Shown here piece by piece: positions 31,300-41,233 of a DNA stretch of 64,000 bases. The number at the start of each line of letters is the position of its first letter. Within the stretch, counting starts at the first letter, position 1. Where the stretch lies: NCBI GenBank assembly GCA_943788985.1, contig CALSSJ010000010.1, forward strand, positions 192,001 through 256,000, written 5' to 3'. The notes under the pieces were generated by a model that saw nothing but the letters and a program-made list of their open reading frames with translations, made no database searches and was not told where the DNA came from. Origin of the DNA: an uncultured Lentisphaerales bacterium (GTDB lineage Bacteria > Verrucomicrobiota > Lentisphaeria > JABSQK01 > UBA12247). The translations under genes were made by a program, and so were the position numbers.

Positions 31300-33144
31300 A
31301 TGTCGGCCATGAAGCTTTCGCTTTTTCCGCTCCCTCGAGAAATCGAAGCAGGCGCTGGAACGGTGCGACTCGCTGGAGAGTGGATCTGTCTCCCTGCAGC
31401 GTGTTCAGATGCGCTTCGTGACCGGATTCTTGAGATCAGTCGGCAGGTGGGGCAGATACTCAGATGCCGCTGTCGCGTGTCGGCGGCTTTGCCAAGCTCC
31501 GGAGTTGTCTTGCTGGCAGCAAAGCTGGAAGCTGAATCAGAGCTTCCCGCAGACGGCTTTACGCTCAGCACCGGCCCGACTGGTATTCAGGTGCGGGCTG
31601 CGACCGAATCTGGCGTCTTCTATGGCGTGCAGGCTGCGGCCCAACTGCTGCGGCAGTTCGGGCGCGAGAGTCCCGTGTTGAAGATCACTGACAGCCCAGA
31701 TTTTCCGGCGCGCGGTGTGATGCTGGACGTGAGTCGTTGCAAGGTCCCGACAGTCGCGACCTTGAAGCAACTGATCGATCGTCTGGCATCTGTGCGGATC
31801 AACCAGTTACAGCTTTATATCGAGCACACGTTTGCGTTCTCGGCACATGAAGCAGTCTGGCACGACGCCAGCCCATTCACACACGAAGAGCTGGCGGATC
31901 TCGATCGCTATTGCCGTGACCGCTATGTGGAGCTGGTGCCGAATCTAAACTCGTTTGGGCACATGGAGCGTTGGTTGAAACATCAAGCGTACAAGCATCT
32001 GGCTGAGTCCCCGGCCGGATTTGAACGCGAGCATGGCGGCTGGAGTGAGTGTGGCTCGACCCTATACCCAGACCAAGCCAGCCTGGATTTTTTGGCGGGA
32101 TTGTACGATGAATTCCTGCCGCATTTCGGAAGTGGGATGGTCAATGTGGGCTGCGATGAAACCTGGGAGTTGGGTAAAGGTCGCTCGCGTGAGGAAGCAG
32201 AGCGGGACGGTACGACCGCTGTCTACCTGAGATTCCTCCAGCAGATTGATCAGCTGTGTGTAGCACGTAGCCGCCGCATGCAATTCTGGGGAGATATCAT
32301 TCTTCATCGGCCGGAGTTGATCTCGGAGCTTCCGCCGGACTGCATCGCCCTGAATTGGGGCTATCAAGCGGATCATCCGTTCGAAACCGAATGTGCGGCG
32401 TTCGCGGATGCTGGCGTAGACTTCTACGTCTGCCCTGGCACTAGCAGCTGGAACAGCATCACCGGAAACACCGATAACTGCCTAGTGAACCTTCAGCGCG
32501 CAGCGGAGAACGGGCGCAAGTTCGGCGCTTGTGGCTATCTGATTACGGACTGGGGAGATGGTGGCCACCACCAGGTGCTACCGGTCAGCTACGTCGGTTT
32601 TGCGGCAGGGGCTGCTTATGCCTGGGGCCTGGACCAAAATCGAGGCGCGGATATTGGGGCGGCTGTCAGCCTTCACTTTCTTGAGGATGAGGACCCGACT
32701 GGCGGGCAGGTCTTGTTGGAATTGGGCAGAACGCGAAACTGTTTCGCGGCCGTGAACCCGCGAAACTGCACGATGATTCATCAGATGCTGCTAACGGGTG
32801 CTGAGCAGGCGACAGACGTCGGTGACGAGGAACTTCTCGCAGCAGAGGCACATGTGCTTGGCCTGCAGCGTCTTCTTGATGATGCGCCCCTGAGCTCAGA
32901 GGATGGCTGCGAGGTCCGGTTCGAAGTACAGCACGCGATCGCATGTACGCTCCACTCTATTCGCCGGGCGATGCATGCCAGAGGCGGCTCCTGGACGGAA
33001 GCGGACCTACGCGCGGATTTGCACCACATCATCCGGACGCACGCTGCACAGTGGCTAGCGCGGAATCGGTATGGCGGTCTACAGGAAAGCACTGAAAAGT
33101 TGCAACAAGCCTTGGCCCGCATCGATGGCCTTTCCAAAAAATAG
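31300..33144 (+). CDS. Glycoside hydrolase family 20 (beta-N-acetylhexosaminidase-like)
   Basis: DSPDFPARGVMLDVSR, ELVPNLNSFGH, NVGCDETWELG (catalytic DE pair) and ITDWGDGGH. Confidence 0.88.
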   Translation: MSAMKLSLFPLPREIEAGAGTVRLAGEWICLPAACSDALRDRILEISRQVGQILRCRCRVSAALPSSGVVLLAAKLEAESELPADGFTLSTGPTGIQVRAATESGVFYGVQAAAQLLRQFGRESPVLKITDSPDFPARGVMLDVSRCKVPTVATLKQLIDRLASVRINQLQLYIEHTFAFSAHEAVWHDASPFTHEELADLDRYCRDRYVELVPNLNSFGHMERWLKHQAYKHLAESPAGFEREHGGWSECGSTLYPDQASLDFLAGLYDEFLPHFGSGMVNVGCDETWELGKGRSREEAERDGTTAVYLRFLQQIDQLCVARSRRMQFWGDIILHRPELISELPPDCIALNWGYQADHPFETECAAFADAGVDFYVCPGTSSWNSITGNTDNCLVNLQRAAENGRKFGACGYLITDWGDGGHHQVLPVSYVGFAAGAAYAWGLDQNRGADIGAAVSLHFLEDEDPTGGQVLLELGRTRNCFAAVNPRNCTMIHQMLLTGAEQATDVGDEELLAAEAHVLGLQRLLDDAPLSSEDGCEVRFEVQHAIACTLHSIRRAMHARGGSWTEADLRADLHHIIRTHAAQWLARNRYGGLQESTEKLQQALARIDGLSKK

Positions 33145-33248
33145 ACAAAGAGCGTGAATAGGTCTTCTTTGGCGTTCGTCGGAGGTTGCAGAAGGCGGTA
33201 CTAAAAGCCGCTGCAACCACAAACGAAGTCAATCACGGAGAAATCATC

Positions 33249-34130
33249 ATGAAGGCCACGATCATCACTCTTCTCGTTACTCTGGCATTGGTCGGTACGA
33301 CCCAGGCTCGTCACAGCTGTCAGCTTGACCAATGCGAGATGCACAGATTGGAACGGGAGATTCGAAACGCAGACCAGGTGCTGTGCAATGCCCGGCGCCA
33401 GACACCCCGGTTACTCCAAGCTGAGCAGGTCGAGCACCACCGCCTGCGCCAAGCGCAACAGCAGGCCAACGGCATCCGGAATGATCACAGCTCAGTGCAG
33501 TCTCGGTTGGCTGCCAACGAACGGCAGTTGCGCAGTCTTCGCTCCGAGATCTGCAGGGTGGAAGACTTCATTCGCAACTTGAAAGCGCGTCTTTGCGAAG
33601 CCCGCACCCAGGCCCCATCCCGCTACAATCGTGGGTGCCGGCCCAGTAGCAATAGTCACGCAGTCATCGAACAGCGCCTGAGCCGGGCCTGCTCCTCACT
33701 GACTCGTTTGAAGGCCGACCAATGCCGGATCCAAGCGGAGCAGGCTCCGCTGCAGCATCGCTGCCGAGATTTGGCCAGCAGGCTTGCACCTGCAGAAGCC
33801 GTACTGAACCGGGTTGAGCGTACCCATCGTTGTGCGGCAGACGCCCTTGCTGGGAATCGCCGTGAAGTTCGGGATCAGGAGCGCCTGGTCAATAGCCTGC
33901 GTCACCAGCTGGCATCTGCTCGCTGCGGTGCTGGTGCCGTTCAACCCGAGCGTGGCCACGAGGGACATGACCATGCCCAACGCCCCGCCCGTCCTCACCA
34001 CGAATATGGCCACGGTGAGAGGCATGAGCAAACCCGTCAGCCGCAGCATCCGGCTCCTACTCGGACGCATCGTCAGCATCAGTCGGTGAGCACCTTTTTA
34101 CAGCTCTTGGAGCTGCTCGCTCAGCGCTAA
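33249..34130 (+). CDS. Secreted Cys-containing coiled-coil protein with a His-rich tail, function unknown
   Basis: RBS ggag; signal peptide MKATIITLLVTLALVGTTQA; long heptad-rich region; 11 Cys; His-rich C-terminus. Confidence 0.7.
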   Translation: MKATIITLLVTLALVGTTQARHSCQLDQCEMHRLEREIRNADQVLCNARRQTPRLLQAEQVEHHRLRQAQQQANGIRNDHSSVQSRLAANERQLRSLRSEICRVEDFIRNLKARLCEARTQAPSRYNRGCRPSSNSHAVIEQRLSRACSSLTRLKADQCRIQAEQAPLQHRCRDLASRLAPAEAVLNRVERTHRCAADALAGNRREVRDQERLVNSLRHQLASARCGAGAVQPERGHEGHDHAQRPARPHHEYGHGERHEQTRQPQHPAPTRTHRQHQSVSTFLQLLELLAQR

Positions 34131-34148
34131 TCCCGCAGATTTCGGAGC

Positions 34149-34200
34149 AAAAACTACCCGCTGGAGGTCAACTCGACTTTCAGCGGGTAGTCTTGTTTCT
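34149..34200. terminator. Probable bidirectional intrinsic terminator
   Basis: 17-bp stem ACTACCCGCTGGAGGTC / GACTTTCAGCGGGTAGT (with G-U pairs) and a 5-nt loop, flanked by A5 and T-rich tracts, between convergent genes. Confidence 0.75.
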
Positions 34201-34208
34201 GAGGGGCT

Positions 34209-36989
34209 TCACTGCTCGGCCAGCCGCTTGGCGAACTCGGCAAGCTTTGCATGCGCTCGGTCCACGCGCCGCAGACGGCTGATGATCTTGGCAGCTTCGG
34301 CATAATCCTTCTCCTCCAGGAGGATGTCTGCGAGAACGACCAGGCACTCAGCCGTGCGAGGAGCCAGCGCCAAGACGGCGGTAGCTTCCCGCCTCGTGCG
34401 CGCTCGGTCGCCCACTTCAAGGGCCACCTCCATAGCCGCAGCGTGAATCTCGACCTCATACGGGCTGACATCTATCGCGTTCTCGTAGGCCGTCAACGCT
34501 GCCTCATAGTGACCTTTTTCTGCCAGAAGCTCAGCCATCATCACGTAGGCCTTTGCATCACTGGTGTGAATGGCCGTGAGCCTCTCCAGTATACTCAGCG
34601 CATCGTCAGCTCGGTCCGACTTACGGAGCACAGTTGCTAGGGGCAGGTAGGCGCCGCCACAGCGCCCGACGCAGCGCGGGGAGGCGTCAAGGGCCAGTTG
34701 GAGGTAACGGATTTGGTCGGTCTTCTGCTCGGCCTTGGCTGCGAGACGGGCGGCAATCATAGCGGCTTGGTAGTCATCGGGATGTGCCTTTAGCGCAATG
34801 TCCAGGTATTCCACGGCGCGCTCCGGTTCATCATTCGCGAGCATAATTCCGCGCACACGTGCCGCTTGGGGCTGGGCCTTGTCGAGGGCGAGCGCGCGAT
34901 CGGCGGCGCGCCGGGCTTCATCGCCGTCGCCGCCATCGAGATATGCGGCGGCCAGAGTGCCCCAGTCGACCGCAGTGAAGCTGTCCTCTGGCAATTCCAG
35001 TAGTGCCTCGAAGCTGGCCGTTGCGGACTTGGCAGGCTCCTTGAGCCGCAGGATCTGCTTCATGTGCAAGCGAACGCCGTCATTGAATTCAGCGAGCGTT
35101 GCCCCGGTTGTATCGGGGACCAGGACGGAGGTTTGCGTGCGCTCTTTGTAGCCGCGCAGCATGTTTAGCAAGGCAGGAAATCCATAGGTATTTACGATGT
35201 AGCGGCAGACTTCCCGGGAGTAGGCATAAGAGGTGGAGAAGCTCTGGCGGCTCTTCGGCAAAGTCAGCCCGGCATTCAAAGTCTGAATGGGGCGAAGCTC
35301 GTCCGCCATCAAAGCATCTACGAGGACATCATCCATATCGGTTCCTGCGTTGGACTCCTCAAATTGGCTGATGCCTTCGGTGAACCAGCGCGGGACGAGG
35401 TAGTCGGTGGCCTGCAGGGTCAGGACGTGCAGGAATTCATGACGTAGGACTTCGCGCCAGTTGAACGTGGTGGTGCCAAACTTGCTGGATCTCGGTGACG
35501 GCAACAAAATAACCTGACCAAAGCAAACGCCGAGTGCGCCAAGGCCGGGTAGGCCGGTAATCCGTGCGGAGAAGTCTTGGTGCGTCGGATGAAAAATTAC
35601 GAGAACCTTGCCACCGAATTGCCGCGGCCCCACAGGCTCCAAGCCATATTTGACGGTATAGGTGTCCCAGATCTCCTCCAAGGCGGGGGCGAGATAGGGC
35701 CAGAGAACCTTGGCTTCCTGCTTATCAAGCCTTACGACAAAATGCTCCGTCTCCTTGGTCAGAAACTTGCGGGCATCATATTCCTTATCCAAGACGGTGA
35801 GCATATTATACGCCCATAGGTTGAACCGGTTCAGGGAGAAGGCCTCATCAAGAAGCTTGCGCCCCTCATCTTCCTCTCCCTGGCGTAGAAGGGCGACAGC
35901 GGCGAGGTACTTGCCAGCCCAGTTGGCGGGGTCTTCGAGCATCGCCTTGCGCCCCCATAGTTCCATTCGGTCAAACTGGTAGCGGCGTTCCGCGGCGCGA
36001 GCTAGAATCACGTACACGCCTGCTGCGTTTGTGCGAAGGCTTATTGCCTTGGCGATGGTGGCGTCACGCTTGGTAAGTTGTTGCCGGCCATCGTACCAAG
36101 CCGCCAGCCAGGCAACTGATTCAACATCCTTCGGATTTGTTTCGAGAGCTCGCTCGAGCGCTGCGCGGGAGGCCGTGTACTCTTCGCCCAGCCATAAGAG
36201 CCGCGATTGCAGACGGAGCGCTGCAACGTGTCTTGGATTCAGCGTCAGGACCGACTCCACCTGCTCTTGCGCCTGGGAATAGTCGCCTTGCTCTACGGCA
36301 ACCCGAGCCGCGCCTGCCAACACATCAGGATGCCTGGGGTTCAATGCCAGCGCTTTGTTGTAGCACTCGGTGGCGAATTCCCAAGAAAGGGACTGCGCGC
36401 ATGCCTCGCCGCCTAGAACGAACGCTGGCAGATACGACGGGTCGGCTTGCTGGGCATCCTGATAGGCATTCCAGGCCCCCTTGGGGTCGTCGTCCTGGAC
36501 GCCAAACGCGCAGGCAGTCGTGCCCACCGCATCATCCGCGCCCGTACGCCGAAATAGAGCGAAGAAGTAGCGCGACTGCTGTCGGAGTATGGTCTCATCC
36601 CCCACAATCCGTGCAACTCGTACCAGTTCAACACGCGTTTGCACCGATTGCGGCGCCAGTTGCAGGGCCTCCTTCAGTCGTACCAAAGCTTTTTGATGGT
36701 CTCCCATCGCTGTTGCTGCTCGTGAAATCTCTACGGCAGCATCGGGCGCCTGGGATTCTTGCCAAACGCGTTGCGCGAGCTCCAAGGCTTTCTGGTAGCG
36801 TCCCTTCGCGCGGGCTAGCTCGCAACGCGCTGCCCATTGCTCGAGACTGGCTTCGGAAACTTTCTGCAACAACTCAGCCACGCGCTCGTAATCACCGCGA
36901 GCCAGAGCGGCGCGCACAGGGCTTTCCCCGGAATTACCGAGTGCTATTTGGGTTATTGCAGCCAGCAGGAGGATAAGTATTTGTTTCAT
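34209..36989 (-). CDS. Secreted multi-TPR protein with a central peptidase-MA-like (gluzincin) domain
   Basis: Signal peptide; many TPRs on both sides of LRHEFLH...PRWFTEG. Confidence 0.8.
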   Translation of the reverse strand: MKQILILLLAAITQIALGNSGESPVRAALARGDYERVAELLQKVSEASLEQWAARCELARAKGRYQKALELAQRVWQESQAPDAAVEISRAATAMGDHQKALVRLKEALQLAPQSVQTRVELVRVARIVGDETILRQQSRYFFALFRRTGADDAVGTTACAFGVQDDDPKGAWNAYQDAQQADPSYLPAFVLGGEACAQSLSWEFATECYNKALALNPRHPDVLAGAARVAVEQGDYSQAQEQVESVLTLNPRHVAALRLQSRLLWLGEEYTASRAALERALETNPKDVESVAWLAAWYDGRQQLTKRDATIAKAISLRTNAAGVYVILARAAERRYQFDRMELWGRKAMLEDPANWAGKYLAAVALLRQGEEDEGRKLLDEAFSLNRFNLWAYNMLTVLDKEYDARKFLTKETEHFVVRLDKQEAKVLWPYLAPALEEIWDTYTVKYGLEPVGPRQFGGKVLVIFHPTHQDFSARITGLPGLGALGVCFGQVILLPSPRSSKFGTTTFNWREVLRHEFLHVLTLQATDYLVPRWFTEGISQFEESNAGTDMDDVLVDALMADELRPIQTLNAGLTLPKSRQSFSTSYAYSREVCRYIVNTYGFPALLNMLRGYKERTQTSVLVPDTTGATLAEFNDGVRLHMKQILRLKEPAKSATASFEALLELPEDSFTAVDWGTLAAAYLDGGDGDEARRAADRALALDKAQPQAARVRGIMLANDEPERAVEYLDIALKAHPDDYQAAMIAARLAAKAEQKTDQIRYLQLALDASPRCVGRCGGAYLPLATVLRKSDRADDALSILERLTAIHTSDAKAYVMMAELLAEKGHYEAALTAYENAIDVSPYEVEIHAAAMEVALEVGDRARTRREATAVLALAPRTAECLVVLADILLEEKDYAEAAKIISRLRRVDRAHAKLAEFAKRLAEQ

Positions 36990-37171
36990 AATCGACGATC
37001 CGATCGTATTCCATACGGCGAAGATGTGCAGCGAGCCCGAACTGTACCAGACGAAACCGCTGGAGTAAATGTCTCCATCAAGTTTGTACTTCTTTCGTTG
37101 CCGGTGTAAAATTTAGGCCCTTACAAAGGCAGTTATTTGTCAGATCCATATGTCTAAATTTATGACGTTGC

Positions 37172-37765
37172 ATGGCTAGAGTCCCACCATATTCCCCGCA
37201 AGGGCCTAGGAATAAGAGCGGTATTGAGGTTGAACACAAACTTCAAGATTACGGCGTAACGGCTACCGTTTTGCTGTCTCGGTCCGGTATGGGCATGATG
37301 CAGCGGAAACAGGCAGACGATCCGCCGATCCCTGCCCCGGCAGATGCGGCCGCCAACATTATCTACTCCGTGGCCACTGACAGCGACATCGGCTGTCCCA
37401 AATGTCGAGCCCGGTTCGAGGTGTCCCAGGAGTTTTTTGGTGCTGTTGCGGAATGTCCGGAATGCGGCTGTGAGTTTCTGATCAAGCCACCCGGGACCGC
37501 CCCTTATCGGCCCCCCAAGCCCAGGGCTCGTCGGCCTGCGCCGCCACAGCGGCTGGCACCCCCTACCGCGCACTCGCCGTCTACGCCTTACCGCCGACCC
37601 CCGGCACAGTCAAGGGCACCAGAGCCGGAACGTGAGCCCGAAGAGATTGATGATGATGAGTACGAGGATGTAGCAGTGAGCTCTGGCCGTGATCCGCTCA
37701 TCGTGGGATTGCTAATTTTTTTATGCGTGCTGGTCGTCGTATTGATCGTCGTACTAGCAAAGTGA
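37172..37765 (+). CDS. Zinc-ribbon protein with a Pro-rich linker and C-terminal TM anchor (start may be 37289 or 37295)
   Basis: CPKC...CPEC, Pro/Arg linker, acidic patch and hydrophobic C-terminal helix. Confidence 0.65.
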   Translation: MARVPPYSPQGPRNKSGIEVEHKLQDYGVTATVLLSRSGMGMMQRKQADDPPIPAPADAAANIIYSVATDSDIGCPKCRARFEVSQEFFGAVAECPECGCEFLIKPPGTAPYRPPKPRARRPAPPQRLAPPTAHSPSTPYRRPPAQSRAPEPEREPEEIDDDEYEDVAVSSGRDPLIVGLLIFLCVLVVVLIVVLAK

Positions 37766-37828
37766 CGATATCCTGTGTTCCAGCCGGAATGCAGGTACCC
37801 GCTTACAAGCCATTACCGAAGGAATGAG

Positions 37829-40090
37829 ATGTACCGACTTGCTGCACTGCCCGCCCTATGCTTCGCCCTGCTCCTGACAGCACCTTGGCTTGCCGCCCAA
37901 GGCCTTGATATTCCCGAAGACGTCAGCGTCTTAGCCGACTTTACGGAGTTTGATCCTAAAACCAAGGAAGCCGTACTCAGCGGCAATGTGACGATCACCT
38001 ACCTGTCCAGCTCGCTGAAGGCAGACAAGGTCTGGATCAATACCGAAACTCAAGACGTATACGCTAGCGGCAACGTGGTCGTAGATCGGGAAGGCGACAC
38101 TTGGAAAGGGGATTACGTACAGGGAAATCTCAAGGAGCAGTCGCTCTCATTCAACGAGCATTATACCGTCGTGGACGACTGGCATATCAGCGGCTCCGGG
38201 GCGTCACGCATGGCAGATGGCCGACTGATCGTGAATGACGCCACGATCTCTCCGTGTAATCAGGTCATGCGCCTGCAGACGGGCAAGGTCCTCTATCATC
38301 CGGACGGCCGCTTTCGGGCGAACAACGTGGTCTATAAGATCGGCGGCGTACCCGTCTTCTACGTGCCAGTTATCTGGGGAGACTTGGACAATGACTACCG
38401 CGGACTAGAGTTCCGCGCAGGCTACGAATCCGACAATGGCGGGATGTTTCGTCTTGCCAAGCGCTGGCGCATGACACCGGACGTGACGAATAAACTGGGT
38501 GTAAACTACTACACCAACCGCGGGTTCGGGATCGACAACAAACTCGTCGTCAAGCACGACAAATCTACGACCGACCTGTACCTCTGGGGCCAGATGGATG
38601 ACGACCCACTGTACGATCGTCGCGTTGGCGGTGAGAAGTACAATGGCCGCTATGCAATTGAGGATGAGCATTACCGCATTCAACTGCACCATCGGACAGA
38701 CTTCACAGACCGATTGACGATGCAGGTGCACGGGGACTACCTGAGCGACAGCGATGTGCTTTACGACTTTTTTGAGCAAGAGTACCGCGACATGGCTCAA
38801 CCCCCGAATTTCGCCGATCTCAGTTATCTCGGAGACAACTTTACGGTCAGCCTGAATGCACGTGCCCAGCTCAACGACTTTTTTACGGTTGCCGAAAAGC
38901 TGCCCGAGTTGAAGCTTACGGTCCCAAGACAGCAACTGCTAAACACAGCGCTGCAGTATCAGGGAGAGTCCAGTGGGGCTCGCCTGCGCATGAAATGGCG
39001 CGAATATGACCTTCCGACCGTCGCCAATGCGCAGCGTGGCATCGACTACGAGACCACCCGCTTCGACACCATGCATTTCCTGTTCCTGCCGCTGAAGCTG
39101 GGCCATTTTGACTTCACGCCTCGTGTTGGCGGACGGGTGACTTGGTACGAAAACTCCTCAACCGAAGCTGTGAGCAACGACGAACTCAACAAGAACTTCG
39201 GGTTGGATATCCCCCGTGGTGCCCCGACCGTGGTCGGGGAATTCAAAGGCTACAACGAAGCTGGGGGCGAGCAGACCAACGCGGCTGCGGAAGTTGGCTT
39301 TGAGTTGCGTACGAAGTTGCACAGCACTTGGGATGGTATCAAGAACGAGCATCTCGGCATTGACGGCGTCCGCCATGTTGTCGAGCCCTACTTGAATCAC
39401 ACCTACATTTCCGACCCAGATGTCTCCTCGGACGAGCTTTACTTCTTTGACGAGATCGACCGCGTTGATGAGACTCACTTCACGCGTATTGGCATTGAGC
39501 AGCGATTCCAGACCCGCAGAGACAAGCGCATTTACACGTTTGCCCGCATCGAGACCTACTATGACTTCTACCATGAGACTGAGGCCGACGAGGATGAAGC
39601 CGGTGACTTCGGCTTAGTCATTGACGTCGCTCCGACCGAGGACATTCAGTTCTGGTGGCACTCGCTGGTCAACGCTGGCGACGGCCGATTCAACGTCTCC
39701 CATCTTGGTGCGCGGTACGGAGACAATGAGAAGTTCTTTTTCGACATTGCCTATCTTTACCAGGATAACTTCAAGAGCCGGTATAACTACTCAATGGTCT
39801 CTGAGTTGACGCAAGTCCTGACGATGGATTACTTCCCGATCGTTTATGACGAGAACGAGTCTGTTCGCCTCTCAGCTGGTATGCCGATCAACGACAAGAC
39901 CACAGTGCGTGCTCATCTTTTCTTTGACCTTGAGGCCGGAAGCTTAGTGCGCCAGCGCTATGAGCTTTTGCGCGACCTGAACTGCTGGATGGCTTCGCTT
40001 TCCTTTGAGAAGGAGGAAGACGAGCTCGAAGCCTATCTCCTTTTCTACCTGAAGTCGCTGCCGAATTTCGGCTTGGGCTTTGGAAACTGA
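37829..40090 (+). CDS. lptD: LPS-assembly outer-membrane protein LptD
   Basis: Signal peptide, OstA-like N-domain (GNVTITY..LKADKV), GVPVFYVP and beta-barrel with RHVVEPY..FDEID. Confidence 0.82.
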   Translation: MYRLAALPALCFALLLTAPWLAAQGLDIPEDVSVLADFTEFDPKTKEAVLSGNVTITYLSSSLKADKVWINTETQDVYASGNVVVDREGDTWKGDYVQGNLKEQSLSFNEHYTVVDDWHISGSGASRMADGRLIVNDATISPCNQVMRLQTGKVLYHPDGRFRANNVVYKIGGVPVFYVPVIWGDLDNDYRGLEFRAGYESDNGGMFRLAKRWRMTPDVTNKLGVNYYTNRGFGIDNKLVVKHDKSTTDLYLWGQMDDDPLYDRRVGGEKYNGRYAIEDEHYRIQLHHRTDFTDRLTMQVHGDYLSDSDVLYDFFEQEYRDMAQPPNFADLSYLGDNFTVSLNARAQLNDFFTVAEKLPELKLTVPRQQLLNTALQYQGESSGARLRMKWREYDLPTVANAQRGIDYETTRFDTMHFLFLPLKLGHFDFTPRVGGRVTWYENSSTEAVSNDELNKNFGLDIPRGAPTVVGEFKGYNEAGGEQTNAAAEVGFELRTKLHSTWDGIKNEHLGIDGVRHVVEPYLNHTYISDPDVSSDELYFFDEIDRVDETHFTRIGIEQRFQTRRDKRIYTFARIETYYDFYHETEADEDEAGDFGLVIDVAPTEDIQFWWHSLVNAGDGRFNVSHLGARYGDNEKFFFDIAYLYQDNFKSRYNYSMVSELTQVLTMDYFPIVYDENESVRLSAGMPINDKTTVRAHLFFDLEAGSLVRQRYELLRDLNCWMASLSFEKEEDELEAYLLFYLKSLPNFGLGFGN

Positions 40091-40114
40091 TTCCCACCCC
40101 TTTCAAGACCTGCC

Positions 40115-41233
40115 ATGCCTGTCCCTCTTCTTGATCTCAAGGCGCAGTATCTCCCACTGAAGGATGAGATTGCCGCCGCATTTACCGACGTATGTGAGAC
40201 CCAGCGCTTCATCATGGGGCCCGTTGTAGAAGGCCTCGAGGCCGATGTCTGCGCCTATACTGGTGCTAGCCACGCAGTCGGCGTTTCCTCCGGAACAGAT
40301 GCGCTTATCGCTGCCCTGATGGTGGCAGGGGTGCGAGCAGGCGATGAAGTGATCGTCCCGACCTATACCTTCTTTGCTACTGCTGGTTCCGTCTATCGCC
40401 TTGGCGCTACCCCAGTTTTTGTCGATGTCGAAGCCGACACCCTCAATGTCTCCGCGGCGGCGATCGAAGCAGCGATCACGAGTAAGACCAGAGCGATCAT
40501 TCCTGTCCATCTTTTCGGCCAATGTGCAGACATGGACCCGATTATGGAATTGGCTTCCCGTCACGACCTTATCGTGATCGAAGATGCAGCGCAGGCCATT
40601 GGCGCAGAGTACAAGGGTCGCCAGGCGGGGACAATGGGCCACTATGGTTGCTTTTCCTTTTTTCCGAGTAAGAACCTCGGCTGCTTCGGGGATGGCGGCA
40701 TGGTTGTCACCAACGACACCGCCACCGCCACATTGCTTCAGCAGTACCGGATGCACGGCTCATACCCGAAGTACTATCACAAGCATGTCGGTGGAAATTT
40801 TCGCCTTGATGCCCTCCAGGCTGGGATACTTCGAGTTAAGCTTCCTCGCCTGGATGCGTGGCATCAAGGGCGGGTAGCGAACGCGGCCTGGTATGATGAG
40901 GCATTTGCCGAGCTCGATCTGCAAGGCCTTGCGTTGCCGACTGTTGCAGCCACGACCACGCGGCATATTTTCAATCAGTACAATCTGCGAACTCCGCACC
41001 GGGATCGGTTGCAGGCACATTTGAAGGCTGCCGGAGTGGGCTGTGAGATTTACTACCCACTTCCTCTTCATTTGCAGGAGTGCTTTGCGGAATTTGGCGG
41101 CAAGCCAGGCGACTGTCCAAACGCTGAGGCCGCAGCCGCAGAGTCACTGGCGATCCCAGTCTATCCCGAGCTTACCATCGAGCAGCGCTCTGAGGTCGTA
41201 GAGGCCATTCGCAGCTGTCTTGCCCAAGTATGA
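40115..41233 (+). CDS. DegT/DnrJ/EryC1/StrS PLP aminotransferase (WbpE-like)
   Basis: SSGTDAL, IEDAAQAIG, FSFFPSKNLGCFGDGG (PLP Lys present) and NFRLDALQA. Confidence 0.9.
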   Translation: MPVPLLDLKAQYLPLKDEIAAAFTDVCETQRFIMGPVVEGLEADVCAYTGASHAVGVSSGTDALIAALMVAGVRAGDEVIVPTYTFFATAGSVYRLGATPVFVDVEADTLNVSAAAIEAAITSKTRAIIPVHLFGQCADMDPIMELASRHDLIVIEDAAQAIGAEYKGRQAGTMGHYGCFSFFPSKNLGCFGDGGMVVTNDTATATLLQQYRMHGSYPKYYHKHVGGNFRLDALQAGILRVKLPRLDAWHQGRVANAAWYDEAFAELDLQGLALPTVAATTTRHIFNQYNLRTPHRDRLQAHLKAAGVGCEIYYPLPLHLQECFAEFGGKPGDCPNAEAAAAESLAIPVYPELTIEQRSEVVEAIRSCLAQV

